IMG/VR virus record: IMGVR_UViG_2734482543_000012
Length of the DNA stretch: 24,428 bases
Source: a virus
Taxonomy: Duplodnaviria > Heunggongvirae > Uroviricota > Caudoviricetes
Strand: one strand, 5' to 3'
Position 1 is the stretch's first letter. Each line of letters opens with the position of its first letter. Under the pieces are notes generated by a model that did no database searches, was not told the origin of the DNA, and saw only the letters and a list, made by a program, of their open reading frames with translations. This document shows positions 1 through 11,449 of this stretch, piece by piece. The position numbers were made by a program, and so were the translations under genes.

Positions 1-426
1 TTAGTGCGGAAATATTTGTGTAGTGTTCTGTATGTTCTCAGTAAAGAGTAATGAATTATCAAAGGTATAGTAATACCTTTTGTTTTCGTGGATATTTGTA
101 ATCCATCTGAAAACCCCTGCTGTAGCAAGATTTTTCCTGTATTCGTAAAATGATAACTCTCCTGATTTGAATCCTTTTAAGGTGGCTTCTATAAGGCATT
201 TATTTTTTGAAAATCTTACATTTACAACCTTACCCTGTCCTTTTATTAAAACCGTATTATCGTTTTCAAGAACAAGATGAATATTCTCTGTGGCTAAATA
301 GTAAATGTAATGTGAGACATTGTGACGTTTTAGTTCAGAATAAAACCAGTGATAGTTTAAATTATTTCGCACTTTATCGAATATTTGTTTAAAAATGGCA
401 ACCTGAGCCATTGTAGTACCTTCCAT
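1..426 (-). CDS. Hypothetical prophage protein, 141 aa from first ATG (136 aa if translation starts at the second ATG near 411, which has a GAAGG Shine-Dalgarno-like motif 7 nt upstream). No recognisable catalytic motif. Possibly a member of the YdfO/YbcV-like (DUF1398-type) family of lambdoid prophages, by size and position only.
   Basis: Complete minus-strand ORF in the six-frame track with its stop codon at positions 1-3. Sits in a strongly AT-rich segment where stop codons are frequent, so a 141-codon open frame is unlikely by chance. Lies immediately downstream of the 77-aa gene on the same strand. Family assignment is from memory, not alignment. Confidence 0.55.
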   Translation of the reverse strand: MEGTTMAQVAIFKQIFDKVRNNLNYHWFYSELKRHNVSHYIYYLATENIHLVLENDNTVLIKGQGKVVNVRFSKNKCLIEATLKGFKSGELSFYEYRKNLATAGVFRWITNIHENKRYYYTFDNSLLFTENIQNTTQIFPH

Positions 427-468
427 GTGATATGAGGGGGCGTAGTCTGCACGATTATCTAAATTGCT

Positions 469-702
469 TCAATCTGGTCTAACCTGTTTTCTGAGCAATT
501 CAGTAATGTCACTCTTTTCTTTGTTTGCTTCAGGCGAAACTCTTTTTTCTGAGCACAGTCTCCGGCGGCAGGCTTCAATGACCCAGGCTGAGAAATTCCC
601 GGACCCTTTTTGAACAAGAGCGATGTTAATTTGTTCAATCATTTGGTTAGGAAAGCGGATGTTGCGGGTTGTTGTTCTGCGGGTTCTGTTCTTCGTTGAC
701 AT
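469..702 (-). CDS. Small DNA-binding protein with a predicted ribbon-helix-helix (Arc/MetJ/CopG-like) fold, 77 aa. Possibly YnfO/YlcI-like prophage protein.
   Basis: Minus-strand ORF MSTKNRTRRTTTRNIRFPNQMIEQINIALVQKGSGNFSAWVIEACRRRL... has a basic N-terminal tail, a short beta-strand (NIRF), helix A, a G-x-G turn and helix B, the typical RHH layout. It ends 42 nt before the start of the downstream 141-aa ORF on the same strand, suggesting an operon. Fold call is by eye. Confidence 0.6.
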   Translation of the reverse strand: MSTKNRTRRTTTRNIRFPNQMIEQINIALVQKGSGNFSAWVIEACRRRLCSEKRVSPEANKEKSDITELLRKQVRPD

Positions 703-859
703 GAGGTTGCCCTGTATTCAGTGTCGCTGATTTGTATTGTCTGAAGTTGTTTTTACGTTAAGTTGATGCAGATCAATTAATACGATACCTGCGTCATAAT
801 TGATTATTTGACGTGGTTTGATGGCGTAGATGCACGTTGTGACATGTAGATGATAATTA

Positions 860-1090
860 TTATCATTTTGCGGGTCCTTTCCGGCGATCCGACAGGTTAC
901 GGGGCGGAAGGCGCGCGGGTTTTCGCTATTTATGACAATTTTCCGGTTTAAGGCGTTTCCGTTCTTCTTCGCCGTAACCTAATGTTTTTATTTAAAACAC
1001 CCCCTGAAAAGAAAGGAAACGACAGGTGCTGAAAACGGGCTTTTTGGCCTCTGTCGTTTCCTTTCTCTGTTTTTGTCCGTGGAATGAACA
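860..1090. other. cos: cos DNA-packaging site (cosQ-cosN-cosB region). Putative 12-nt cohesive-end sequence at 902-913 (GGGCGGAAGGCG), with the cosB/Nu1-binding region extending to the nu1 start.
   Basis: The sequence ...GGGTCCTTTCCGGCGATCCGACAGGTTACG|GGGCGG......CGCGGGTTTTCGCTATTTATGACAATTTTCCGGTTTAAGGCGTTTCCGTTCTTCTTCG... matches the lambda right-end/left-end junction as I recall it, and sits directly upstream of nu1 as in lambda. The central overhang differs from canonical lambda GGGCGGCGACCT (see findings). Confidence 0.7.
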
Positions 1091-1610
1091 ATGGAAGTCA
1101 ACAAAAAGCAGCTGGCTGACATTTTCGGTGCGAGTATCCGTACCATTCAGAACTGGCAGGAACAGGGAATGCCCGTTCTGCGAGGCGGTGGCAAGGGTAA
1201 TGAGGTGCTTTATGACTCTGCCGCCGTTATAAGATGGTATGCCGAAAGGGATGCTGAAATTGAGAACGAAAAGCTGCGCCGGGAAGTTGAAGAACTGCGG
1301 CAGGCCAGCGAGACAGATCTCCAGCCAGGGACTATTGAGTACGAACGCCATCGACTTACGCGTGCGCAGGCCGACGCACAGGAGCTGAAAAATGCCAGAG
1401 ACTCCGCTGAAGTGGTGGAAACCGCATTCTGTACTTTCGTGCTGTCGCGGATCGCAGGTGAAATTGCCAGTATTCTCGACGGGATCCCCCTGTCGGTGCA
1501 GCGGCGTTTTCCGGAACTGGAAAACCGACATGTTGATTTCCTGAAACGGGATATCATCAAAGCCATGAACAAAGCAGCCGCGCTGGATGAACTGATACCG
1601 GGGTTGCTGA

Positions 1611-1636
<26 letters not shown>
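1091..1636 (+). CDS. nu1: Terminase small subunit Nu1 (181 aa)
   Basis: Translation MEVNKKQLADIFGASIRTIQNWQEQGMPVLRGGGKGNEV... is near-identical to lambda gpNu1 as recalled. N-terminal winged-HTH. Position immediately downstream of cos. Confidence 0.97.
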
Positions 1637-5317
<3,681 letters not shown>

Positions 5318-5337
<20 letters not shown>

Positions 5338-6637
5338 TCTCCCGCATATTGCCAGCATGGCTTTTAATGAGCCGCTGATGCTTGAACCCGCCTATGCGCG
5401 GGTTTTCTTTTGTGCGCTTGCAGGCCAGCTTGGGATCAGCTGCCTGACGGATGCAGTATCCGGCGACAGCCTGACTGCCGGAGAGGCACCCGCGGCGCTG
5501 GCGTTATCCGGTGATGATGACGGACCACGACAGGCCCGCAGTTATCAGGTAATGAACGGCATCGCCGTGCTGCCGGTGTCCGGCACGCTGGTCAGCCGGA
5601 CGCGGGCGCTGCAGCCGTACTCGGGGATGACCGGTTACAACGGCATTATCGCCCGTCTGCAACAGGCTGCCAGCGACCCGATGGTGGACGGCATTCTGCT
5701 CGATATGGACACACCGGGCGGAATGGTGGCGGGAGCATTTGACTGCGCTGACATCATCGCCCGTGTGCGTGACATAAAGCCGGTATGGGCGCTGGCCAAT
5801 GACATGAACTGCAGCGCAGGTCAGCTGCTTGCCAGTGCCGCCTCCCGGCGTCTGGTCACGCAGACCGCCCGGACAGGCTCCATCGGCGTCATGATGGCTC
5901 ACAGTAATTACGGCGCTGCACTGGAGAAACAGGGCGTGGAAATCACGCTGATTTACAGCGGCAGCCATAAGGTGGATGGCAACCCCTACAGCCATCTACC
6001 GGATGATGTCCGGGAAACATTGCAGTCCCGGATGGATGCAACCCGCCGGATGTTTGCACAGAAGGTGTCGGCATATACCGGCCTGTCCGTGCAGGCTGTG
6101 CTGGATACCGAGGCTGCAGTGTACAGCGGTCAGGAGGCCATTGATGCCGGACTGGCTGATGAACTTGTTAACAGTACCGATGCGATCACCGTCATGCGTG
6201 ATGCACTGGATGCACGTAAATCCCGTCTCTCAGGAGGGCGAATGACCAAAGAGACTCAATCAACAACTGTTTCAGCCACTGCTTCGCAGGCTGACGTTAC
6301 TGGCGTGGTGCAAGCGACGGAGGGCGAGAACGCCAGCGCGGCGCAGCCGGACGTGAACGCGCAGATCACCGCAGCGGTTGCGGCAGAAAACAGTCGCATT
6401 ATGGGGATCCTCAACTGTGAGGAGGCTCACGGACGCGAAGAACAGGCACGCGTGCTGGCCGAAACCCCCGGTATGACCGTGGAAACGGCCCGCCGTATTC
6501 TGGCCGCAGCACCACAGAGTGCACAGACGCGCAGTGACACTGCGCTGGATCGTCTGATGCAGGGGGCACCGGCACCGCTGGCTGCAGGTAACCCGGCATC
6601 TGATGCCGTTAACGATTTGCTGAACACACCAGTGTAA
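5318..6637 (+). CDS. C: Capsid maturation protease / scaffold gpC (439 aa), GTG start overlapping the 3' end of B
   Basis: ORF frame contains (V/M)TAELRNLPHIASMAFNEPLMLEPAYARVFF..., matching lambda gpC. GTG at 5318 gives the same 439-aa length as lambda C. ClpP/S49-like protease fold is expected for this family. Confidence 0.9.
6032..6637 (+). CDS. nu3: Scaffolding protein Nu3, an in-frame internal start within the 3' part of C (201 aa)
   Basis: Internal ATG (MDATRRMFAQKVSAYTG...) in the C reading frame, at the position corresponding to lambda Nu3 under the constant 900-nt offset seen for neighbouring genes. Not independently verifiable from sequence alone. Confidence 0.6.
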   Translation: MDATRRMFAQKVSAYTGLSVQAVLDTEAAVYSGQEAIDAGLADELVNSTDAITVMRDALDARKSRLSGGRMTKETQSTTVSATASQADVTGVVQATEGENASAAQPDVNAQITAAVAAENSRIMGILNCEEAHGREEQARVLAETPGMTVETARRILAAAPQSAQTRSDTALDRLMQGAPAPLAAGNPASDAVNDLLNTPV

Positions 6638-6646
6638 GGGATGTTT

Positions 6647-6979
6647 ATGACGAGCAAAGAAACCTTTACCCATTACCAGCCGCTGGGCAATAGTGACCCG
6701 GCTCATACCGCAACCGCGCCCGGCGGATTGAGTGCGAAAGCGCCTGCAATGACCCCGCTGATGCTGGACACCTCCACCCGTAAGCTGGTTGCGTGGGATG
6801 GCACCACCGACGGTGCTGCCGTTGGCATTCTTGCGGTTGCTGCTGACCAGACCAGCACCACACTGACGTTCTACAAGTCCGGCACGTTCCGTTATGAGGA
6901 TGTGCTCTGGCCGGAGGCTGCCAGCGACGAGACGAAAAAACGGACCGTGTTTGCCGGAACGGCAATCAGCATCGTTTAA
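6647..6979 (+). CDS. D: Capsid decoration protein gpD (110 aa)
   Basis: [43 protein letters not shown]... matches lambda gpD. The ORF track begins 2 codons upstream (MFM); the lambda-equivalent start is the ATG at 6647. Confidence 0.95.
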   Translation: MTSKETFTHYQPLGNSDPAHTATAPGGLSAKAPAMTPLMLDTSTRKLVAWDGTTDGAAVGILAVAADQTSTTLTFYKSGTFRYEDVLWPEAASDETKKRTVFAGTAISIV

Positions 6980-7034
6980 CTTTACCCTTCATCACTAAAG
7001 GCCGCCTGTGTGGCTTTTTTTACGGGATTTTTTT

Positions 7035-8060
7035 ATGTCGATGTACACAACCGCCCAGCTGCTGGCGGCAAATGAGCAGAAATTTAAGTTTGATCCGCTG
7101 TTTCTGCGTCTCTTTTTCCGTGAGAGCTATCCCTTCACTACGGAGAAAGTCTATCTCTCACAAATTCCGGGACTGGTAAACATGGCGCTGTACGTTTCGC
7201 CGATTGTTTCCGGTGAGGTTATCCGTTCCCGTGGCGGCTCCACCTCTGAATTTACGCCGGGATATGTCAAACCCAAGCATGAGGTGAATCCGCAGATGAC
7301 CCTGCGTCGCCTGCCGGATGAAGATCCGCAGAATCTGGCGGACCCGGCTTACCGCCGCCGTCGCATCATCATGCAGAACATGCGTGACGAAGAGCTGGCC
7401 ATTGCTCAGGTCGAAGAGATGCAGGCAGTTTCTGCCGTGCTCAAGGGCAAATACACCATGACCGGTGAAGCCTTCGATCCGGTTGAGGTGGATATGGGCC
7501 GCAGTGCGGCGAACAACATCACACAGTCCGGCGTCACGGAGTGGAGCAAGCGTGACAAGTCCACGTATGACCCGACCGACGATATCGAAGCCTACGCGCT
7601 GAACGCCAGCGGTGTGGTGAATATCATCGTGTTTGACCCGAAAGGCTGGGCGCTGTTCCGTTCCTTCAAAGCCGTCAAGGAGAAGCTGGATACCCGTCGC
7701 GGCTCTCATTCCGAGCTGGAGACAGCGGTAAAAGACCTGGGCAAAGCGGTGTCCTATAAGGGAATGTATGGCGATGTGGCCATCGTCGTGTATTCCGGAC
7801 AGTACGTGGAAAACGGCGTCAAAAAGAACTTCCTGCCGGACAACACGATGGTGCTGGGGAACACTCAGGCTCGCGGTCTGCGCACCTATGGCTGCATTCA
7901 GGATGCGGACGCACAGCGCGAAGGCATTAACGCTTCTGCCCGTTACCCGAAAAACTGGGTGACCACCGGCGATCCGGCGCGTGAGTTCACCATGATTCAG
8001 TCAGCACCGCTGATGCTGCTGGCTGATCCTGATGAGTTCGTGTCCGTTCAACTGGCGTAA
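7035..8060 (+). CDS. E: Major capsid protein gpE (341 aa)
   Basis: MSMYTTAQLLAANEQKFKFDPLFLRLFFRESYPFTTEKVYLSQIPGLVNMALYVSP... is near-identical to lambda gpE. The ORF track extends 9 codons upstream; the lambda-equivalent start is used. Confidence 0.97.
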   Translation: MSMYTTAQLLAANEQKFKFDPLFLRLFFRESYPFTTEKVYLSQIPGLVNMALYVSPIVSGEVIRSRGGSTSEFTPGYVKPKHEVNPQMTLRRLPDEDPQNLADPAYRRRRIIMQNMRDEELAIAQVEEMQAVSAVLKGKYTMTGEAFDPVEVDMGRSAANNITQSGVTEWSKRDKSTYDPTDDIEAYALNASGVVNIIVFDPKGWALFRSFKAVKEKLDTRRGSHSELETAVKDLGKAVSYKGMYGDVAIVVYSGQYVENGVKKNFLPDNTMVLGNTQARGLRTYGCIQDADAQREGINASARYPKNWVTTGDPAREFTMIQSAPLMLLADPDEFVSVQLA

Positions 8061-8101
8061 TCATGGCCCTTCGGGGCCATTTTCTCTCTGTGGAGGAGTT
8101 C

Positions 8102-8500
8102 ATGACGAAAGATGAACTGATTGCCCGTCTTCAGGAGCTGGGTGAGCAATTGAACCGCGATGTCAGTTTGACGGGAACGAAAGAAGAACTGGCGCTTCGT
8201 GTGGCAGAGCTGGAAGAAGAGCTTGATGACACGGATGAAACTGCCGGTCAGGACACCCCTCTCAGCCGGGAAAATGTGCTGACCGGGCATGAAAATGAGG
8301 TGGTATCAGCGCAGCCGGATACCGTGATTCAGGATACGGCTGAACTGGTCACGGTCGTGGCACTGGTGACGCTGCATACTGATGCACTTCACGCCACGCG
8401 GGATAAACCTGTGGCATTTGTGCTGCCGGGAACGGCGTTTCGTGTCTCTGCCGGTGTGGCAGCCGAAATGACAGAGCGCGGCCTGGCCAGAATGCAATAA
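8102..8500 (+). CDS. FI: DNA-packaging / head assembly protein FI (132 aa)
   Basis: MTKDELIARLQELGEQLNRDVSLTGTKEELALRVAELEEELDDTDE... matches lambda gpFI. The ORF track extends upstream; internal ATG chosen by homology. Confidence 0.9.
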   Translation: MTKDELIARLQELGEQLNRDVSLTGTKEELALRVAELEEELDDTDETAGQDTPLSRENVLTGHENEVVSAQPDTVIQDTAELVTVVALVTLHTDALHATRDKPVAFVLPGTAFRVSAGVAAEMTERGLARMQ

Positions 8501-8511
8501 CGGGAGGCGCT

Positions 8512-8865
8512 GTGGCTGATTTCGATAACCTGTTCGATGCTGCCATTGCCCGCGCCGATGAAACGATACGCGGGTACATGGGAACGTCAGCCACCATGAC
8601 ATCCGGTGAGCAGTCAGGTGCGGTGATACGTGGTGTTTTTGATGACCCTGAAAATATCAGCTATGCCGGACAGGGCGTGCGCGTTGAAGGCTCCAGCCCG
8701 TCCCTGTTTGTCCGGACTGATGAGGTGCGGCAGCTGCGGCGTGGAGACACGCTGACCATCGGTGAGGAAAATTTCTGGGTAGATCGGGTTTCGCCGGATG
8801 ATGGCGGAAGTTGTCATCTCTGGCTTGGACGGGGCGTACCGCCTGCCGTTAACCGTCGCCGCTGA
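8512..8865 (+). CDS. FII: Head-tail connector protein FII (117 aa), GTG start
   Basis: MADFDNLFDAAIARADETIRGYMGTSATMTSGEQSGAVIRGVFDDPENISYAGQG... matches lambda gpFII. Confidence 0.92.
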   Translation: MADFDNLFDAAIARADETIRGYMGTSATMTSGEQSGAVIRGVFDDPENISYAGQGVRVEGSSPSLFVRTDEVRQLRRGDTLTIGEENFWVDRVSPDDGGSCHLWLGRGVPPAVNRRR

Positions 8866-8876
8866 AAGGGGGATGT

Positions 8877-9455
8877 ATGGCCATAAAAGGTCTTGAGCAG
8901 GCCGTTGAAAACCTCAGCCGTATCAGCAAAACGGCGGTGCCCGGTGCCGCCGCAATGGCCATTAACCGCGTTGCTTCATCCGCGATATCGCAGTCTGCGT
9001 CACAGGTTGCCCGTGAGACAAAGGTACGCCGGAAACTGGTAAAGGAAAGGGCCAGGCTGAAAAGGGCCACGGTCAAAAATCCGCAGGCCAGAATCAAAGT
9101 TAACCGGGGGGATTTGCCCGTAATCAAGCTGGGTAATGCGCGGGTTGTCCTGTCCCGCCGCAGGCGTCATAAAAAGGGGCAGCGTTCATCCCTGAAAGGT
9201 GGCGGCAGCGTGCTTGTGGTGGGTAACCGTCGTATTCCCGGCGCGTTTATTCAGCAACTGAAAAACGGCCGGTGGCATGTTATGCAGCGTGTGGCCGGGA
9301 AAAACCGTTACCCCATTGATGTGGTGAAAATCCCGATGGCGGTGCCGCTGACCACGGCGTTTAAACAGAATATTGAACGGATACGGCGTGAACGTCTTCC
9401 GAAAGAGCTGGGCTATGCGCTGCAGCATCAACTGAGAATGGTAATAAAGCGATGA
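8877..9455 (+). CDS. Z: Tail completion protein gpZ (192 aa)
   Basis: MAIKGLEQAVENLSRISKTAVPGAAAMAINRVASSAISQSASQVARETKVRRKL... matches lambda gpZ. Confidence 0.93.
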   Translation: MAIKGLEQAVENLSRISKTAVPGAAAMAINRVASSAISQSASQVARETKVRRKLVKERARLKRATVKNPQARIKVNRGDLPVIKLGNARVVLSRRRRHKKGQRSSLKGGGSVLVVGNRRIPGAFIQQLKNGRWHVMQRVAGKNRYPIDVVKIPMAVPLTTAFKQNIERIRRERLPKELGYALQHQLRMVIKR

Positions 9456-9847
9456 AACATACTGAACTCCGTGCAGCCGTACTGGATGCACTGGAGAAGC
9501 ATGACACCGGGGCGACGCTTTTTGATGGTCGCCCCGCTGTTTTTGATGAGGAAGATTTTCCGGCAATTGCCGTTTATCTCACCGGCGCTGAATACACGGG
9601 CGAAGAGCTGGACAGCGATACCTGGCAGGCGGAGCTGCATATTGAAGTTTTCCTGCCTGCTCAGGTGCCGGATTCAGAGCTGGATTCGTGGATGGAGTCC
9701 CGGATTTATCCTGTGATGAGCGATATCCCGGCACTGTCAGATTTGATCACCAGTATGGTGGCCAGCGGCTATGACTACCGGCGCGACGATGATGCGGGCC
9801 TGTGGAGTTCAGCCGATCTGACTTATGTCATTATCTATGAAATGTGA
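9452..9847 (+). CDS. U: Tail tube terminator protein gpU (131 aa)
   Basis: [54 protein letters not shown]... matches lambda gpU. Start overlaps the Z stop. Confidence 0.95.
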   Translation: MKHTELRAAVLDALEKHDTGATLFDGRPAVFDEEDFPAIAVYLTGAEYTGEELDSDTWQAELHIEVFLPAQVPDSELDSWMESRIYPVMSDIPALSDLITSMVASGYDYRRDDDAGLWSSADLTYVIIYEM

Positions 9848-9854
9848 GGACGCT

Positions 9855-10595
9855 ATGCCTGTACCAAATCCTACAATGCCGGTGAAAGGTGCCGGGACCA
9901 CCCTGTGGGTTTATAAGGGGAGCGGTGACCCTTATGCGAACCCGCTTTCAGACGTTGACTGGTCGCGTCTGGCAAAAGTTAAAGACCTGACGCCCGGCGA
10001 ACTGACCGCTGAGTCCTATGACGACAGCTATCTCGATGATGAAGATGCAGACTGGACTGCGACCGGGCAGGGGCAGAAATCTGCCGGAGATACCAGCTTC
10101 ACGCTGGCGTGGATGCCCGGAGAGCAGGGGCAGCAGGCGCTGCTGGCGTGGTTTAATGAAGGTGATACCCGTGCCTATAAAATCCGCTTCCCGAACGGCA
10201 CGGTCGATGTGTTCCGTGGCTGGGTCAGCAGTATCGGTAAGGCGGTGACGGCGAAGGAGGTGATTACCCGCACGGTGAAGGTCACCAATGTGGGACGTCC
10301 GTCGATGGCAGAAGATCGCAGCACGGTGACGGCGACGACCGGCATGACGGTGACACCCGCCAGTGCTTCCGTAGTGAAAGGGCAGAGCACCACGCTGACC
10401 GTGGCATTCCAGCCGGATGGCGCAACCGACAAGAGCTTCCGTGCGGTGTCTGCGGATAAAACAAAAGCCACCGTGTCGGTCAGTGGTATGACCATCACCG
10501 TGAAAGGTGTTGCTGCAGGCAAGGTCAACATTCCGGTCGTATCTGGTAATGGTGAGTTTGCTGCGGTTGCAGAAATCAACGTCACCGCCAGTTAA
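9855..10595 (+). CDS. V: Major tail tube protein gpV (246 aa), including the C-terminal Ig-like domain
   Basis: [54 protein letters not shown]... matches lambda gpV. The ORF track extends 10 codons upstream; the lambda-equivalent ATG is used. Confidence 0.95.
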   Translation: MPVPNPTMPVKGAGTTLWVYKGSGDPYANPLSDVDWSRLAKVKDLTPGELTAESYDDSYLDDEDADWTATGQGQKSAGDTSFTLAWMPGEQGQQALLAWFNEGDTRAYKIRFPNGTVDVFRGWVSSIGKAVTAKEVITRTVKVTNVGRPSMAEDRSTVTATTGMTVTPASASVVKGQSTTLTVAFQPDGATDKSFRAVSADKTKATVSVSGMTITVKGVAAGKVNIPVVSGNGEFAAVAEINVTAS

Positions 10596-10610
10596 TCCGG
10601 AGAGTCAGCG

Positions 10611-11033
10611 ATGTTCCTGAAAACCGAATCATTTGAACATAACGGTGTGACCGTCACGCTTTCTGAACTGTCAGCCCTGCAGCGTATTGAGCATCTCGAC
10701 CTGATGAAACGGCAGGCAGAACAGGCGGAGTCAGACAGCAACCGGAAGTTTACTGTGGAAGACGCCATCAGAACCGGCGCTTTTGTGGTTGCGATGTCCC
10801 TGTGGCATAACCATCCGAAGAAGACGCAGATGCCGTCCATGAATGAAGCCGTTAAACAGATTGAGCAGGAAGTGCTTACCACCTGGCCCACAGAGGCAAT
10901 TTCTCATGCTGAAAACGTGGTGTACCGGCTGTCCGGTATGTATGAGTTTGTGGTGAATGATGCTCCTGAACAGGCAGAGGACGCCGGGCCTGCAGAGCCT
11001 GTTTCTGCGGGAAAGTGTTCGACGGTGAGCTGA
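10611..11033 (+). CDS. G: Tail assembly chaperone gpG (140 aa)
   Basis: MFLKTESFEHNGVTVTLSELSALQRIEHLDLMKRQAEQAESDSNRKFTVEDAIR... matches lambda gpG. Confidence 0.93.
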   Translation: MFLKTESFEHNGVTVTLSELSALQRIEHLDLMKRQAEQAESDSNRKFTVEDAIRTGAFVVAMSLWHNHPKKTQMPSMNEAVKQIEQEVLTTWPTEAISHAENVVYRLSGMYEFVVNDAPEQAEDAGPAEPVSAGKCSTVS

Positions 11034-11449
11034 GTTTTGCCCTGAAACTGGCGCGTGAGATGGGGCGACCCGACTGGCGCGCCATGCTTGCCGGGATGTC
11101 ATCCACGGAGTATGCCGACTGGCACCGCTTTTACAGTACCCATTATTTTCATGATGTTCTGCTGGATATGCACTTTTCCGGGCTGACGTACACCGTGCTC
11201 AGCCTGTTTTTCAGCGATCCGGAGATGCATCCGCTGGATTTCAGTCTGCTGAACCGGCGCGAGGCTGACGAAGAGCCTGAAGATGATGTGCTGATGCAGA
11301 AAGCGGCAGGGCTTGCCGGAGGTGTCCGCTTTGGCCCGGACGGGAATGAAGTTATCCCCGCTTCCCCGGATGTGGCGGACATGACGGAGGATGACGTAAT
11401 GCTGATGACAGTATCAGAAGGGATCGCAGGAGGAGTCCGGTATGGCTGA
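10611..11449 (+). CDS. T: Tail assembly chaperone G-T fusion, made by a programmed -1 ribosomal frameshift at the G GGA AAG slippery heptamer near the 3' end of G. The T-frame part runs from about 11015 to 11449.
   Basis: The slippery sequence GGGAAAG lies at about 11009-11015, at the end of the G frame (..SAGKCSTVS). The -1 frame is open from there (VFDGELSFALKLAREMGRPDWRAMLAGMSS...) and matches lambda gpT. This arrangement is conserved in lambda-like tail operons. Confidence 0.8.
11009..11015 (+). other. Programmed -1 frameshift slippery heptamer (G GGA AAG) for G-T synthesis
   Basis: An exact X XXY YYZ heptamer positioned so that a -1 slip joins the G frame to the T frame. Coordinates read by eye, accurate to about 1-2 nt. 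Confidence 0.75.

Noticed and set aside
207-392. 61-aa plus-strand ORF inside the AT-rich island
   Set aside because: Entirely nested within the longer minus-strand 141-aa ORF and shorter than it; the longer ORF is the more parsimonious gene. I cannot exclude that a small plus-strand gene corresponding to a lambda right-end ORF exists here.
703-860. Possible sigma-70 promoter elements (for example TTGTGA ... TAATTA/TATTAT around 837-865, plus strand) between the RHH gene and cos
   Set aside because: Matches are weak and spacing is uncertain by eye. The region overlaps the conserved cosQ/right-end sequence, so conservation is explained by packaging function. Not reported as a feature.
1026-1232. 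68-aa plus-strand ORF overlapping cosB and the start of nu1
   Set aside because: Overlaps the conserved Nu1-binding cosB region and the nu1 gene in another frame; no support.
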